The position numbers and the translations under genes were made by a program. A stretch of 64,000 bases of DNA, from assembly GCA_022800625.1 (NCBI GenBank), contig JAAWQR010000001.1, positions 151,786-215,785 of the forward strand. Direction: 5' to 3'. The notes under the pieces were generated by a model. That model was given only the letters and a program-made list of their open reading frames with translations, was not told where the DNA came from and searched no databases. The DNA is from Clostridiales bacterium. Lineage in GTDB: Bacteria; Bacillota; Clostridia; Oscillospirales; CAG-272. How positions within the stretch are numbered: position 1 is the first letter of the stretch; each line of letters starts with the position of its first letter. This document shows positions 38,810-49,748 of this stretch, one piece after another.

Positions 38810-41800
38810 CTATTTAAGGACAACATTTTCCACGCCGAGTATTTCAGAAAGTTCTTTTATTAGGAATTCACTTCCTGAGCATGTATATACATTATCCTTC
38901 ACGTAGCTTTTTGATTCTGAATCATAAAAAATTGCATATACAGAGCCTTCAAAAATCTGAACAAGGCTTTCGGCACGTGAAAATTCACTGCTCTTTAGAG
39001 ACGGTACTTTAATGTACAGCTTCGGAGCTTTTTTTCTTATTATAGCTTCTGATTGATTTGTATCCATAGCGCCTGCCTGCATATCTTTCATCTCCTCATC
39101 AGTTTTAAGAGCAGTAACGCTTCTGACTATAAGCTTTACATCTTCGTCATCTTTGACTGAAACGGCGCCATCTGCCGATATCACGGAATTTGTTAAGAGA
39201 AGATAACCGAATTCCTCGCAAACCGAAGAAAAGCATATTAACTCTATCTCCCCCGTCCGATCTTCAAGCGTAACAAACGCCATGTTATCGCCTTTTCGAG
39301 TTGTTTTATTAACACGTCCGTTTACTACACCCGCAACTCTGACTTTCGATCTGTCGTGATACGGAACAGGTTCTCCCTCAGAAGTGCCATCGCCCTCCGA
39401 ACAAGAAGATTTTATGTCTGAAATTCTCGCAGGCTTCAGTTCAGATACAGCACGTTTATAATCGTCGAGAATATGACCTGAAAGATAAATTCCCGAGCTT
39501 TCTTTTTCAAGCCTCAGCTTTTCTCTTGCCGAAAATTCCGGAATATCCGGAAAATCTGTATGATAAGACACACCCTGCACGTCAGGAGCCATTTCAAACA
39601 TATCCATTTGTCCTGCTGGAGCGCTGCTGCCTGCCTGTTCCATTACAGTTTCATAAACTGCAAGCATCTGGGAGCGTCTGACACCCAAAGAATCAAGAGA
39701 GCCTGATTTTATCAAAGCCTCAAGCTGTTTTTTATTCATGTCTCGGCGCTTCATGCGAGTTACGAAATCATCAAAATCTGTGAATGTTCCGCTTGCATTT
39801 CTCTCAGAGATCAATGAATCGATAAACTGTGCGCCGATATTTTTAAGAGACAAAAGTCCGTATCTTATATTATCCCCCTGCACACAGAAAGATGATCTGC
39901 TGCTGTTAACATCAGGAGGCAGCAGCCTTATTCCGAGCTTTGCACATTCTGCACTGTAATCCGATATTTTATCCGCAGAGCCGAACACCGAGCTTAACAG
40001 CGAAGCATAATATTCTCTCGGATAATGAGCCTTCAAATATGCTGTTCTGAAAGAAAGCACGGCATATGCCGCAGCATGTGATTTATTGAAGGCATAATTC
40101 GCAAAGCCTGCAATATCGTCAAACAACGCTACCGCATACTGCTCATTGATTCCCGATTCAACAGCTCCCTTTACAAAGGTTTCGCGCTCACTATTTAATA
40201 CTGACGTTTTTTTCTTTGATATCGCTCGCCGCACAATATCGGCATGTCCGAAAGAATATCCCGCAAGCGTGCGAAAAATCTGCATGACCTGCTCCTGATA
40301 CACAATACAGCCGTATGTTACATCAAGTATCGGCGCAAGAGACGGTATATCATACTTTACGCTTGACGGATTATGCCGTGCCTTGATATATTTCGGAATC
40401 GAATCCATAGGTCCCGGACGGTAAAGCGCGATCGCGGCTATAATATCCTCAATGCAGTTAGGCTTCAATTGCTGAAGCATCTGACGCATTCCGCGTGATT
40501 CAAGCTGGAATATTCCGTCGGTTTGTCCCGATGATATAAGATCATACGCAGCTTTGTCGTTTATATCAACCGCAGACAGATCAAATCCCGGCTCTCGTTC
40601 GGCTACGTCTTTTTCGGCATTGTCTATTATGGTCAAGTACCTGAGAGCAAGGAAATCAAACTTTAAGAGACCGAGCTCTGCTATAGTATCCATTCCGAAT
40701 TGAGTTACAACAGTTCCCCCGTTTACGGAAATCGGAACGTATTCTGTGATCGGTATATCCGTGATTACTACGCCTGCCGCATGAGTAGACGCATGACGCG
40801 GCATTCCTTCAAGAGACGATGCGATATCTATCAAGCGTTTAACCATAATATCGCTTTCATACATCTCATATAACTGTTTTTTATTTTTCAGCGCAAGCTC
40901 CAGAGTTATGCCAAGCTCCTGCGGTATCAGAGAAGCGACCTTGTCCACTTCTGAATAAGCCATACCGAGAGCACGTCCGACGTCTCGAACCGCAGCTCTT
41001 GCCGCAAGCGTTCCGAATGTGATTATCTGAACAGCTCGGTTTTCTCCGTATTTTTCTTTAACATAAGCTATGACCTCATCGCGTCTGTCATAGCAGAAAT
41101 CGATATCGAAGTCAGGCATGCTGACTCTCTCGGGATTTAAAAAACGCTCGAACAGCAGATTAAATTTTATGGAGTCAATATCGGTAATACCTATAAGAAA
41201 AGCGACAAGGCTTCCGGCTCCCGAACCTCTGCCGGGACCTACAGGAATTCCCTTTTCCTTTGCATAATTCACAAAATCCCAGACTATGAGATAATATTCG
41301 GCATAACCCATTTTTTCGATAACCGACAACTCATAATCTATTCTGTCAAGATAATCCTGCTTATTATTTTGTGTAAAAACAATATGCCCTGCGTTAACAC
41401 GCTTCTCAAGTCCGCTTTCAGCAAGTTTTTTAAGATATTCCTTGGGAGATATCCCGTTATCTATCGGAAATTTAGGGAGCTTTGTTTTGCCGAATTCAAA
41501 ATCAAAAGAGCACATGTCGGCAATTTTGACCGTATTTTTGCACGCCTCATCATAATCCGCAAAAAGCTCATACATTTCTTCTGTGTTTTTATAGTAAAAT
41601 TCGTCCGTCTCAAAGCCTACGGGAGTTCCGTCCGTAATAACATTATTAGTCTGAATACACAAAAGAATCGCCTGTGTTTCAGCGTCGCTTTTCTTTATAT
41701 AGTGGACGTCGTTCGTGGCAACCATAGGTATTCCGGTATTTTGGGATATTTCGCGTATTGCACCGTTTACCGTATCCTCATCAGCCAAACCGTGATCCTG

Positions 41801-42340
41801 AATTTCAAGATAATAGTTGCCCTCTCCGAATATTTCAAACATCAACCGCGCGTGTTCTTCAGCCTCAGCATAATTTCCCGCAACTATTGCACGCGGAATA
41901 TACCCTGCAAGACAAGCAGAAAGAGCTATAAGTCCCTCACTGTGTTCGCGGAGAAGCTCAATATCGATCCTCGGCTTTGAATAAAATCCGCGAGTAAAAG
42001 CCTCAGAAGTAAGCTTTACAAGATTTTTATATCCCGTCTCATTTTTTACAAGCAAGACCAAATGATAACTGTGTGAATCAAGATATCTGTCGCGATCCTC
42101 CATTCCACGTCTTGCAAGATACACCTCGCATCCGATAATCGGCTTTATTCCTTCTTTTTTACATGCCTTATAAAAATCAACAGCGCCGTACATAACCCCG
42201 TGATCTGTTATGGCAACGGCCTTATGTCCTGCCGCGGCTGCGGCTGCGGGAATATCCTTAATTCGGCATGCTCCGTCAAGCAGGCTATATTCACTGTGCA
42301 GGTGGAGATGTACAAATTCACGGGACACGGTATTCACCAT
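38810..42340 (-). CDS. dnaE: DNA polymerase III alpha subunit
   Basis: HLHLHSEYSLLDG, PGRGSGAGS, PDFDIDF, KFDFL, YAFNKSH. Confidence 0.97.
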   Translation of the reverse strand: MVNTVSREFVHLHLHSEYSLLDGACRIKDIPAAAAAAGHKAVAITDHGVMYGAVDFYKACKKEGIKPIIGCEVYLARRGMEDRDRYLDSHSYHLVLLVKNETGYKNLVKLTSEAFTRGFYSKPRIDIELLREHSEGLIALSACLAGYIPRAIVAGNYAEAEEHARLMFEIFGEGNYYLEIQDHGLADEDTVNGAIREISQNTGIPMVATNDVHYIKKSDAETQAILLCIQTNNVITDGTPVGFETDEFYYKNTEEMYELFADYDEACKNTVKIADMCSFDFEFGKTKLPKFPIDNGISPKEYLKKLAESGLEKRVNAGHIVFTQNNKQDYLDRIDYELSVIEKMGYAEYYLIVWDFVNYAKEKGIPVGPGRGSGAGSLVAFLIGITDIDSIKFNLLFERFLNPERVSMPDFDIDFCYDRRDEVIAYVKEKYGENRAVQIITFGTLAARAAVRDVGRALGMAYSEVDKVASLIPQELGITLELALKNKKQLYEMYESDIMVKRLIDIASSLEGMPRHASTHAAGVVITDIPITEYVPISVNGGTVVTQFGMDTIAELGLLKFDFLALRYLTIIDNAEKDVAEREPGFDLSAVDINDKAAYDLISSGQTDGIFQLESRGMRQMLQQLKPNCIEDIIAAIALYRPGPMDSIPKYIKARHNPSSVKYDIPSLAPILDVTYGCIVYQEQVMQIFRTLAGYSFGHADIVRRAISKKKTSVLNSERETFVKGAVESGINEQYAVALFDDIAGFANYAFNKSHAAAYAVLSFRTAYLKAHYPREYYASLLSSVFGSADKISDYSAECAKLGIRLLPPDVNSSRSSFCVQGDNIRYGLLSLKNIGAQFIDSLISERNASGTFTDFDDFVTRMKRRDMNKKQLEALIKSGSLDSLGVRRSQMLAVYETVMEQAGSSAPAGQMDMFEMAPDVQGVSYHTDFPDIPEFSAREKLRLEKESSGIYLSGHILDDYKRAVSELKPARISDIKSSCSEGDGTSEGEPVPYHDRSKVRVAGVVNGRVNKTTRKGDNMAFVTLEDRTGEIELICFSSVCEEFGYLLLTNSVISADGAVSVKDDEDVKLIVRSVTALKTDEEMKDMQAGAMDTNQSEAIIRKKAPKLYIKVPSLKSSEFSRAESLVQIFEGSVYAIFYDSESKSYVKDNVYTCSGSEFLIKELSEILGVENVVLK

Positions 42341-42354
42341 CCTTCAAAAAGAGA

Positions 42355-43086
42355 TTATTTGAGGTTACAATCCTGAAGCTCATCGGCTGCTTTGAGCAGC
42401 TTTTCCAGCCTGTGCTTTATCCCCGATTTGGTTATCGGAGGATTGCTTTTCGCCGCCAATTCGGAAAGAGACGCCTGAGAAAATTGAATTCTAAGCTCCG
42501 CCGTTTCGCGCAGTTCCTGAGGCAGAGCAGCCAGCACGCCGCGTTCTGCCAACAGCTCAATTGCCGCAATATATTTATGTGATGCGCTGATAGCTTTTTC
42601 GATATTGGCAGTATCGCAGTTTACAAGTCTGTTGGCGCTGTTTCGTATTTCTTTTACGATTTTCGTATTCATCACATCAAACGCCGCCTTGTTTGCTCCG
42701 ATAAACGCAAGCAAATCGCTTATAGCTTCATTACTCTTAAAATATAATAGAAATTTACCGCGCCGGCATGATTTCCCGGGAGTAAAACCTGCTTTCTCCA
42801 AAGCAAGCGCCAGAGTGTCAAAATCACTTTCATTTTTTACTGCAAATTCAAGATGATACTCTTTTTCGGGATCCGATACAGAACCTAAAGCAATAAATGC
42901 AGCTTTCAAAAATTCCTTTAAACATCCGTCGCATCTGATTCTTTCAAATGCTTCTTTTAATTCACAGCCGCCGTCTTCAGACAAAATTTTTTCGGTATCG
43001 GTCAAAGTTACGGTACAGCACTTCTTGCGCGGTTCATTTTTTATGAGACTTTGTTTGACTTCCGAACAAAATGATTTTTTCGCCAT
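42355..43086 (-). CDS. whiA: WhiA DNA-binding protein (shortened)
   Basis: SF.SEVK, GSVSDPEKEYHLEF, NRLVNCDTANI, ITKSGIKHRL. Confidence 0.9.
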   Translation of the reverse strand: MAKKSFCSEVKQSLIKNEPRKKCCTVTLTDTEKILSEDGGCELKEAFERIRCDGCLKEFLKAAFIALGSVSDPEKEYHLEFAVKNESDFDTLALALEKAGFTPGKSCRRGKFLLYFKSNEAISDLLAFIGANKAAFDVMNTKIVKEIRNSANRLVNCDTANIEKAISASHKYIAAIELLAERGVLAALPQELRETAELRIQFSQASLSELAAKSNPPITKSGIKHRLEKLLKAADELQDCNLK

Positions 43087-43113
43087 TTCGCAGTTCCCCG
43101 CTATATACCGCTT

Positions 43114-44040
43114 TCAGTTAACATATATAATTTCGGTTTCAAGCTCTATGCCGTGAGAATCCGATATTTTTTTCTTTATTATCTCGATCAAAGACAGGAC
43201 ATCACGTGCAGTCGCGCCGCCTTTGTTTATTATAAATCCTGCATGCTTTTCAGACACTTGCGCTCCGCCGACAGTGAATCCCTTAAGTCCGGCTTCATCG
43301 ATCAGCTGAGCCGTGTATTTTCCGGGATACCGCTTAAACACACTTCCCGCACTCGGATACTCGATCGGCTGCTTTTCTCTTCGTGCTGCCTTATATTTAT
43401 CAATAGTTTTGCCAATCTCATTATAGTCGCCGCTGCGCAGACTAAGCTTTGTCTCTATAATGATTCCTCCGTTTTTACGGAATATGCTCTCTCTATATCC
43501 AAATTCATGCTCTTTTCCATTAACAAGAGATATTTTATGCGTTTTTTTATCTATGTACACAGTTTCAATTACAATATCCGCCATTTCTCCGCCGTATGCG
43601 CCTGCATTCATATAAACAGCGCCGCCGATGCTTCCGGGTATACCGTAGAGACATTCCATGCCTGAAAGCGAATTTTTATATGCAAAGGACGCGCAGCGGG
43701 TGAGCATTGCGCCGCTGCCTGCCGCCATAATATCTCCATGTATATCAATTCTGTTTAAACCCTCGGTTGATATCATGACGCCGTCAAATCCGCCGTCATC
43801 GACGAGCAAGTTACTTCCGTGTCCGATAATATAATATTTTTCACCGAAATTTTCGCACATCTCCAGTAAAAAAACAAGGGTCTCTGTATCTTCGGGCAGC
43901 GCAAAAATTTTTGCACAACCTCCTATTTTAAACGTAGTGTGTCGGCTCATATTTTCATTTTCAAATACAGATATTTTTGATGTATGAGCTTGATTATAAT
44001 CCGAAATTAACTTTTTTATTGCAGTAATACTTTCACTCAT
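43114..44040 (-). CDS. murB: UDP-N-acetylmuramate dehydrogenase
   Basis: HTTFKIGG, G.GSNLL, GIPGSIGGAV.MNAGAYG, PSAGSVFK, KHAGF. Confidence 0.96.
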   Translation of the reverse strand: MSESITAIKKLISDYNQAHTSKISVFENENMSRHTTFKIGGCAKIFALPEDTETLVFLLEMCENFGEKYYIIGHGSNLLVDDGGFDGVMISTEGLNRIDIHGDIMAAGSGAMLTRCASFAYKNSLSGMECLYGIPGSIGGAVYMNAGAYGGEMADIVIETVYIDKKTHKISLVNGKEHEFGYRESIFRKNGGIIIETKLSLRSGDYNEIGKTIDKYKAARREKQPIEYPSAGSVFKRYPGKYTAQLIDEAGLKGFTVGGAQVSEKHAGFIINKGGATARDVLSLIEIIKKKISDSHGIELETEIIYVN

Positions 44041-44082
44041 TATATGATAATATACCTTTCCGAAAATAAAAGCATCGCCATG

Positions 44083-44769
44083 TCAGAGAATATCCATAAG
44101 CTCGCGTATATCTTTAATTCGGTATGTAACATGTCTTCCTCCGCAGTCTGCATCCGATGGATCATAATAAATGCAGTCGATGTCATATCCCAAAGCACCG
44201 TCAATATCCGACGAGAGCGAATCCCCGATTACAAGATATGAGCTTTTATCACTGTCTCCGATCTCGTATAGGACACGTTCAAAAAATCGGTTATCAGGCT
44301 TATCGTATCCTATTTCCTCGGAAATAAAAAGACGCTCTACGTATTCTTTCAGAACAGACGCATTAAATCTTCCCGTCTGAACATGCGATATTCCGTTTGT
44401 TATTATATATATTTTATATTTTTGCGATAAATACCGAATAGTTTCACCGACACCGTCAATCAGAGTGGAATTATGACTTAGGGAAAGCTGAAAATTCTTC
44501 GCAAGTAAAGTTATAATATCCTCGTCGAAAGTTTGCCCGAGAGAGCTCAGATATTTTCTGAACCTTTCAAGTCTGAGACACGGCTTTTCAATTTCGCCGC
44601 GCTCGAGCATTTTCCATAGAGAATCGTTTATTTTATGATAAACTTCATATGTATCCTCGCCGAAAGCTGCCCGATACAGCTTATTCAGCGAAAGAAACGC
44701 CTGCTTTTCTGAAAAATCAAAGTCGAACAAGGTATTATCCGCATCGAATAAAAGATATTTATACTTCAT
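44083..44769 (-). CDS. YjjG-family HAD nucleotidase
   Basis: FDADNTLFDF, TNG, KP, IGDSLSSDI. Confidence 0.88.
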   Translation of the reverse strand: MKYKYLLFDADNTLFDFDFSEKQAFLSLNKLYRAAFGEDTYEVYHKINDSLWKMLERGEIEKPCLRLERFRKYLSSLGQTFDEDIITLLAKNFQLSLSHNSTLIDGVGETIRYLSQKYKIYIITNGISHVQTGRFNASVLKEYVERLFISEEIGYDKPDNRFFERVLYEIGDSDKSSYLVIGDSLSSDIDGALGYDIDCIYYDPSDADCGGRHVTYRIKDIRELMDIL

Positions 44770-44827
44770 AACAAATTCCATCCCACCGATAAAACAGCGT
44801 CACAAGCAATTATGAATTTTTCCTGAG

Positions 44828-46555
44828 CTACAGCTTCTTATCTTCAAACTCTGTGGCTCCGACAGCCCTGCTCTGCATGAGCATTTCTTTTGCAGCGGCG
44901 CGCTGTTTATCCGTTACGTTTATTCCGCCGATTATTCGAGCTATCTCTGCAACACGCTCCTCATCTCCTAATAATGATACAGAGCTTTCCGCTCTTCCGC
45001 CCACATTTGATTTTTGTATAAGATAATGGTGGTCTGCCAAAGAGGCAATCTGAGGAGAGTGCGTTATACATATGACCTGAACCGATTCAGACAGTTCTTT
45101 TAGAAGCAGACCGATTCGCTCGGAAGTACCGCCTGATACACCTGCATCGATCTCGTCAAATACAACAGTATCTGCTCCGCTCTTTTTATTCATTGATGAA
45201 CGCAGTGCAAGCATAACTCTTGACATTTCTCCGCCTGAAGCTACCTTTGAAAGAGACTGCGGTTCTTCTCCCGGATTTACCGATATCTTAAAATCGATAA
45301 GATCCGCTCCGTCGGAAGTAAATTTATAGTTTCCGTCTTCGCGATCGGCTCTTACCTCAATAAAGAATCTGACTTTCGGCATATCGAGATAACGGAGAGT
45401 TGAAATTATTTCCTCAGAGAGCACCTTGGCGGCGTTTCTTCTTGAACTGCTCAATTCTTCCGATGCACTTGAAGCTTTGTTTCTCAGAGATTCTACTTTT
45501 TCTTCAAGCTCTTCAATCGCTTCTTCAGAATCAAGAAGTTTTTTGAGTTTAGCACGTGACTCATCTCTGAACATCTTTATTTCAGCTATGTCGGCTCCGT
45601 ATTTCCGCTTAAGCTTATCAATCGTGCTCAGTCTTGATTCAATCCTGTCAAGCATTGCCGCAGGATCGCCGTCAATATCAGATTCAAGCGCGTCTTTGAC
45701 AGTTTCTGCTATATCAACAATATCATATCTGTATTCGTCAAGTCGGCGAATCATATCTTCCGCATTAGGAACAATGTCGGATATCTGAGACAGCGCCGCA
45801 GAGGCTCGCTCCAGAAGATATGCTGCCGAATAGCCTTTTTCATTTTGAGAAAGCGCTTTATATATTATTTTGCAACTCTTTGCCGTGCGTTCTGCCGACT
45901 TTATTTTTGTTTTGAGCTTCAGCAGGCGTTCTTCTTCATCGTCGGAGGTAAGCTTTGCCGCGTCGATCTCTTTTATTTGATACGAGAGAATATCAACGAG
46001 CATATTTTTCTCTCTTAAATCATATCTGAGATTTTTGAGTGCATTCTCCGCTTCGCAAAGCTCGCCGAATTTAATCTTATATGCTTCAAGGAGTTCTCCG
46101 TTAGAAGCAAAGCTGTCAAGTATTGCCGTATACTCTCTTTTATCGGTAAGAAAATTTTTCTCATCCTGCGTATTTACCCCAAGCATAACGGCGCCGACTT
46201 CTTTAAGCTGAGAGAGAGTCGTGCTTTTTCCGTTTATTTTGATACTTCCGCGTCCGTCTGCGGAAACAGACCTGTAAACAAGCATTTCTCCGTTTTCATC
46301 ACACGGTGCGCCCAAATTATCAAGTGAGTTTTCTTTTTCACCGTGAAATTCAAAAACAGCGGAAACCTCCGCCTTTGATTCTCCGCTGCGGACTATATCC
46401 TTAGAGGATTTTGCACCGGATATGATTTCCAAACAATCGATCATTACCGATTTACCGCTACCTGTTTCGCCGGTTATAACAGTAAATCCGTCATCAAAAT
46501 CAATGCTGACATTACGGGCAACCGCCGCATTTGAAATATTTAGGCTTTTAAGCAT
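44828..46555 (-). CDS. recN: DNA repair protein RecN
   Basis: TGETGSGKS, ASGGEMSR, FDEID.GVSG, ITHSPQIA. Confidence 0.96.
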   Translation of the reverse strand: MLKSLNISNAAVARNVSIDFDDGFTVITGETGSGKSVMIDCLEIISGAKSSKDIVRSGESKAEVSAVFEFHGEKENSLDNLGAPCDENGEMLVYRSVSADGRGSIKINGKSTTLSQLKEVGAVMLGVNTQDEKNFLTDKREYTAILDSFASNGELLEAYKIKFGELCEAENALKNLRYDLREKNMLVDILSYQIKEIDAAKLTSDDEEERLLKLKTKIKSAERTAKSCKIIYKALSQNEKGYSAAYLLERASAALSQISDIVPNAEDMIRRLDEYRYDIVDIAETVKDALESDIDGDPAAMLDRIESRLSTIDKLKRKYGADIAEIKMFRDESRAKLKKLLDSEEAIEELEEKVESLRNKASSASEELSSSRRNAAKVLSEEIISTLRYLDMPKVRFFIEVRADREDGNYKFTSDGADLIDFKISVNPGEEPQSLSKVASGGEMSRVMLALRSSMNKKSGADTVVFDEIDAGVSGGTSERIGLLLKELSESVQVICITHSPQIASLADHHYLIQKSNVGGRAESSVSLLGDEERVAEIARIIGGINVTDKQRAAAKEMLMQSRAVGATEFEDKKL

Positions 46556-46584
46556 GCAAATCCTCCTTTTAAATTTTATTTCAT

Positions 46585-47037
46585 TCAGGATTCCATCATT
46601 TTTTTCAGCCGCTGAGCAAATTCTTCTGCTCCATCTGCGCTTCGTGTAACAATTATTATACAGTCATCTCCGGCAACACTTCCGAGAATATTGCTGTCCC
46701 GAAGCAAATCTATTCTTGCAGCAACTGCATTTGCCATTCCCGGGTACGTCCTGATAACTACATTATTAAGCGAATAATCGACGCTTCTGACCGAGCCGTC
46801 AATTACTTTGCTGTATACATGATTACTGTCGCTGTGAGCGCTGCCGGGAACTTCATATCTGTAAGCTCCGTTATCAGACATTACTTTTAAAAGCTTAAGT
46901 TCACGTATATCTCTTGAAACCGTAGCCTGAGTTACTTCATAGCCTGCGAGTCTCAGCTTATCTATAAGTTCTTCCTGCGTTTCTATATTATAATTTTCAA
47001 TAATCTCAAGAATTTTATTATGACGCTTAATCTTCAA
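46585..47037 (-). CDS. argR: Arginine repressor
   Basis: TQEEL, TQATVSRDIREL, GSVAGDD. TTG start with SD. Confidence 0.95.
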   Translation of the reverse strand: MKIKRHNKILEIIENYNIETQEELIDKLRLAGYEVTQATVSRDIRELKLLKVMSDNGAYRYEVPGSAHSDSNHVYSKVIDGSVRSVDYSLNNVVIRTYPGMANAVAARIDLLRDSNILGSVAGDDCIIIVTRSADGAEEFAQRLKKMMES

Positions 47038-47073
47038 TTTTTTAACTATCCCTTTCAAGAATTTTCTGACAAA

Positions 47074-47955
47074 TTACAATTTTGAATTGAGTACGCTTAA
47101 AAAGCTGTTGTTTTTCAGCCTTATTAGCTTTGTTCTGAATGAAGAACGTTCTATTTTAATACGGTCGCCAAAGCCTATTTTGATCGCCGTATGTCCGTCT
47201 ATTGAAACAAAAACAGAGTTATCTATATTATCTGTCACATTTTCCGCCACTGAAATTTCGATCTTTGATTCTCCCGGAACAATAACGGGACGGTTATTCA
47301 GTGAGTGCGGACAAATCGGCGTCAGGCAGAATGCGTCAAGCTGCGGAGCTAAAATCGGACCGCCGGCCGACATGGAATATGCGGTAGATCCTGTAGGAGT
47401 TGCGACTATCAATCCGTCTGAGCGGCATTTCTGAACCAAGATCCCGTCACAGTGAAGATCAAAATTCAGCAGTCTTGCTACAGGTCCGTTTGAAAGAACT
47501 ATATCATTAAGAGCCGGCGGAGATGCAATATTACTCCCGTCTCTGCGAATAATTTCCGCTTCAAGCATCATACGCTCGTCAATTATGAAATCATGCTTCA
47601 AAACGGAAGCGATAAGAGATATATCCGTTTCTTCAAGCTCTGCGAGATATCCGACATGTCCGAAATTTATACCGAGTATAGGTATATCAAATTCACATAT
47701 ATCGGACGCCGCGCCAATTATTGATCCGTCGCCGCCGAGAACTATGGCAATTTCAATATCATCTGGTAAATTCCCGCATGAAATACTTCTGAATGTAACG
47801 GGAATATTCATTTTTTCTATTTTCCGAAAATCGTTTTCAAAAACAGATATTAAACATCCGTGACGATTCAATTCACCTGATAATTCTGAAATAAAGGTCT
47901 GCGGAATTCGCTTTTCAAAATTAATAATGAGAAGAACATTTGTGATATTATTCAT
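47074..47955 (-). CDS. nadK: NAD+ kinase
   Basis: GGDG, LND, DGLIVATPTGSTAYSMSAGGP. Confidence 0.95.
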   Translation of the reverse strand: MNNITNVLLIINFEKRIPQTFISELSGELNRHGCLISVFENDFRKIEKMNIPVTFRSISCGNLPDDIEIAIVLGGDGSIIGAASDICEFDIPILGINFGHVGYLAELEETDISLIASVLKHDFIIDERMMLEAEIIRRDGSNIASPPALNDIVLSNGPVARLLNFDLHCDGILVQKCRSDGLIVATPTGSTAYSMSAGGPILAPQLDAFCLTPICPHSLNNRPVIVPGESKIEISVAENVTDNIDNSVFVSIDGHTAIKIGFGDRIKIERSSFRTKLIRLKNNSFLSVLNSKL

Positions 47956-48026
47956 AAATATGACTTGCCTTTCCGTAATCACGTATTGTTCATGAAAGTA
48001 CCGCGGTGCAGCAAACATCTATCCTT

Positions 48027-48827
48027 TCACGCCAGTATTCTTTTTATATCCTCATCAGTTATGGTACAGGATATTTCCGCTCCATCAGGAAATTTCACGG
48101 CATGAAACAGAAATTCTATGTTTCCGTCTCCTCCTTTTATCGGAGATCTTATTAAATCTTTAATCTTCAGGCAGCATGATTCTGCGCTCTCAAACACACG
48201 TTTTACAGCTGCAAAATAATACTTTGGATGCCTTATTATCCCACCGCCGCCGAGAGCCTCCCTGCCGCATTCAAACTGAGGCTTTATGAGTCCTATGTAA
48301 TCTGCTCCGTCCTGCAAAACAGAAGATATTGCAGGCAAAACATAAGTTTGCGAAATAAAGGAAAGATCACAAACGGCAAGAGAACAAAGCTCACCGAAAG
48401 TATCGGCTGTAAGCTCCCTCGCATTGAATTTTTCTATAGAAACAACCCGTCTGTCCGATTTCAGCTTCTGAGCAAGCTGGTCGCTGCCCGAATCAACTGC
48501 GAATACTTTAACCGCACCGTTTTGAAGCAAACAATCGGTAAATCCGCCTGTAGAAGAACCTATATCCGCGCATATTCTGCCGATAGGATCAACCGAAAAT
48601 GCTTCAAAAGCAGCTGCCAGCTTTAACCCGCCGCGGCTGACATACGGAATAATATCTTCTTTAACAGATAAATTATTCAAATCGTAAGGCTCGAGCTGAT
48701 ACGAAGGCTTCAGTATCACGCGTCCGTCTATATATACACCGCCCGATTTTATTATTGCCTGCGCACGGCTGCGTGTTATCCCTTCATAAGTTTCAGCAAT
48801 ATAAGAATCAAGTCGCATAAACGCCAT
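48027..48827 (-). CDS. tlyA: TlyA-family rRNA methyltransferase
   Basis: S4-like N-terminus, YVSRGGLKL, DIGSSTGGFTD, KPQFE, GNIE. Confidence 0.95.
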   Translation of the reverse strand: MAFMRLDSYIAETYEGITRSRAQAIIKSGGVYIDGRVILKPSYQLEPYDLNNLSVKEDIIPYVSRGGLKLAAAFEAFSVDPIGRICADIGSSTGGFTDCLLQNGAVKVFAVDSGSDQLAQKLKSDRRVVSIEKFNARELTADTFGELCSLAVCDLSFISQTYVLPAISSVLQDGADYIGLIKPQFECGREALGGGGIIRHPKYYFAAVKRVFESAESCCLKIKDLIRSPIKGGDGNIEFLFHAVKFPDGAEISCTITDEDIKRILA

Positions 48828-48866
48828 AGTCCTTCACATTTTTTTGTTCTGCATGTACGGTATACT

Positions 48867-49748
48867 TTATTTGTTTCTGGACAGGAGATACACGGCAAGC
48901 TCAGAGAGAACTTCACTTTCGCTATAACCTGCAATCGCCTTTGAAGCGCGACCTGTCAAAATTTTTTCTTCATCCATAGCTTCGGAAAGAGTCATAAATG
49001 AAAGAACGGTCTTTTTACCGTTTTTTTCATCGCTTCCGACAGGCTTGCCGAGCGTGACACTGTCGCCTTTGACATCAAGGATATCATCATGAATCTGAAA
49101 AGCAAGTCCCAAGCATTCCGCATATTCGGAAATTCTCTGTAAAACCGAATCATCCGGACTGTCGCATGCCGCATACAAGCCAAGCAGGCAAGCTGCTTTT
49201 ATAAGAGCCGCAGTTTTTAGCGAATAGAGCTTTTTCAACTCATCATATGTTCCCGCATTTTCCGAAAGATCTATTTCCTGACCTAAGCACATGCCGCGAT
49301 AACCCGCAAGTTCTGAAAGCGCAGAAACCGCAAGAACATTGGATTTGTCTGAAACATATCTGTTTGACGCGCATATTCCGAATGCAAGCGTCAGCAAAGC
49401 ATCACCTGCAAGAAGAGCTGTCGCTTCACCGAATTTTTTATGACAGGACGGCTTTCCGCGTCTCATATCGTCGTTGTCCATACAAGGAAGATCGTCATGT
49501 ATCAGAGAATAAGCGTGCAACATTTCAACAGCACATGCAAACGGCATCGCAGATTTTCTTTCAACTCCGAACATTTCGGCAAATGTAAGCGTGAGAAAAG
49601 CTCTTATGCGTTTTCCTCCCCCGAGCAAGGCGTATTTCATGGCATTTTCAAGTTCACTTTTGCCTGTATACACTTTAAAGCATGCTTCAAGAGCATCTTC
49701 TGTCTCAATAGCATACTTTTTCAGTTTTTCTGCAATATCAGCATTCAT
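48867..49748 (-). CDS. ispA: Farnesyl/geranyl diphosphate synthase
   Basis: GGKRIR, HDDLPCMDNDD.RRG, FQIHDDILD. Confidence 0.93.
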   Translation of the reverse strand: MNADIAEKLKKYAIETEDALEACFKVYTGKSELENAMKYALLGGGKRIRAFLTLTFAEMFGVERKSAMPFACAVEMLHAYSLIHDDLPCMDNDDMRRGKPSCHKKFGEATALLAGDALLTLAFGICASNRYVSDKSNVLAVSALSELAGYRGMCLGQEIDLSENAGTYDELKKLYSLKTAALIKAACLLGLYAACDSPDDSVLQRISEYAECLGLAFQIHDDILDVKGDSVTLGKPVGSDEKNGKKTVLSFMTLSEAMDEEKILTGRASKAIAGYSESEVLSELAVYLLSRNK

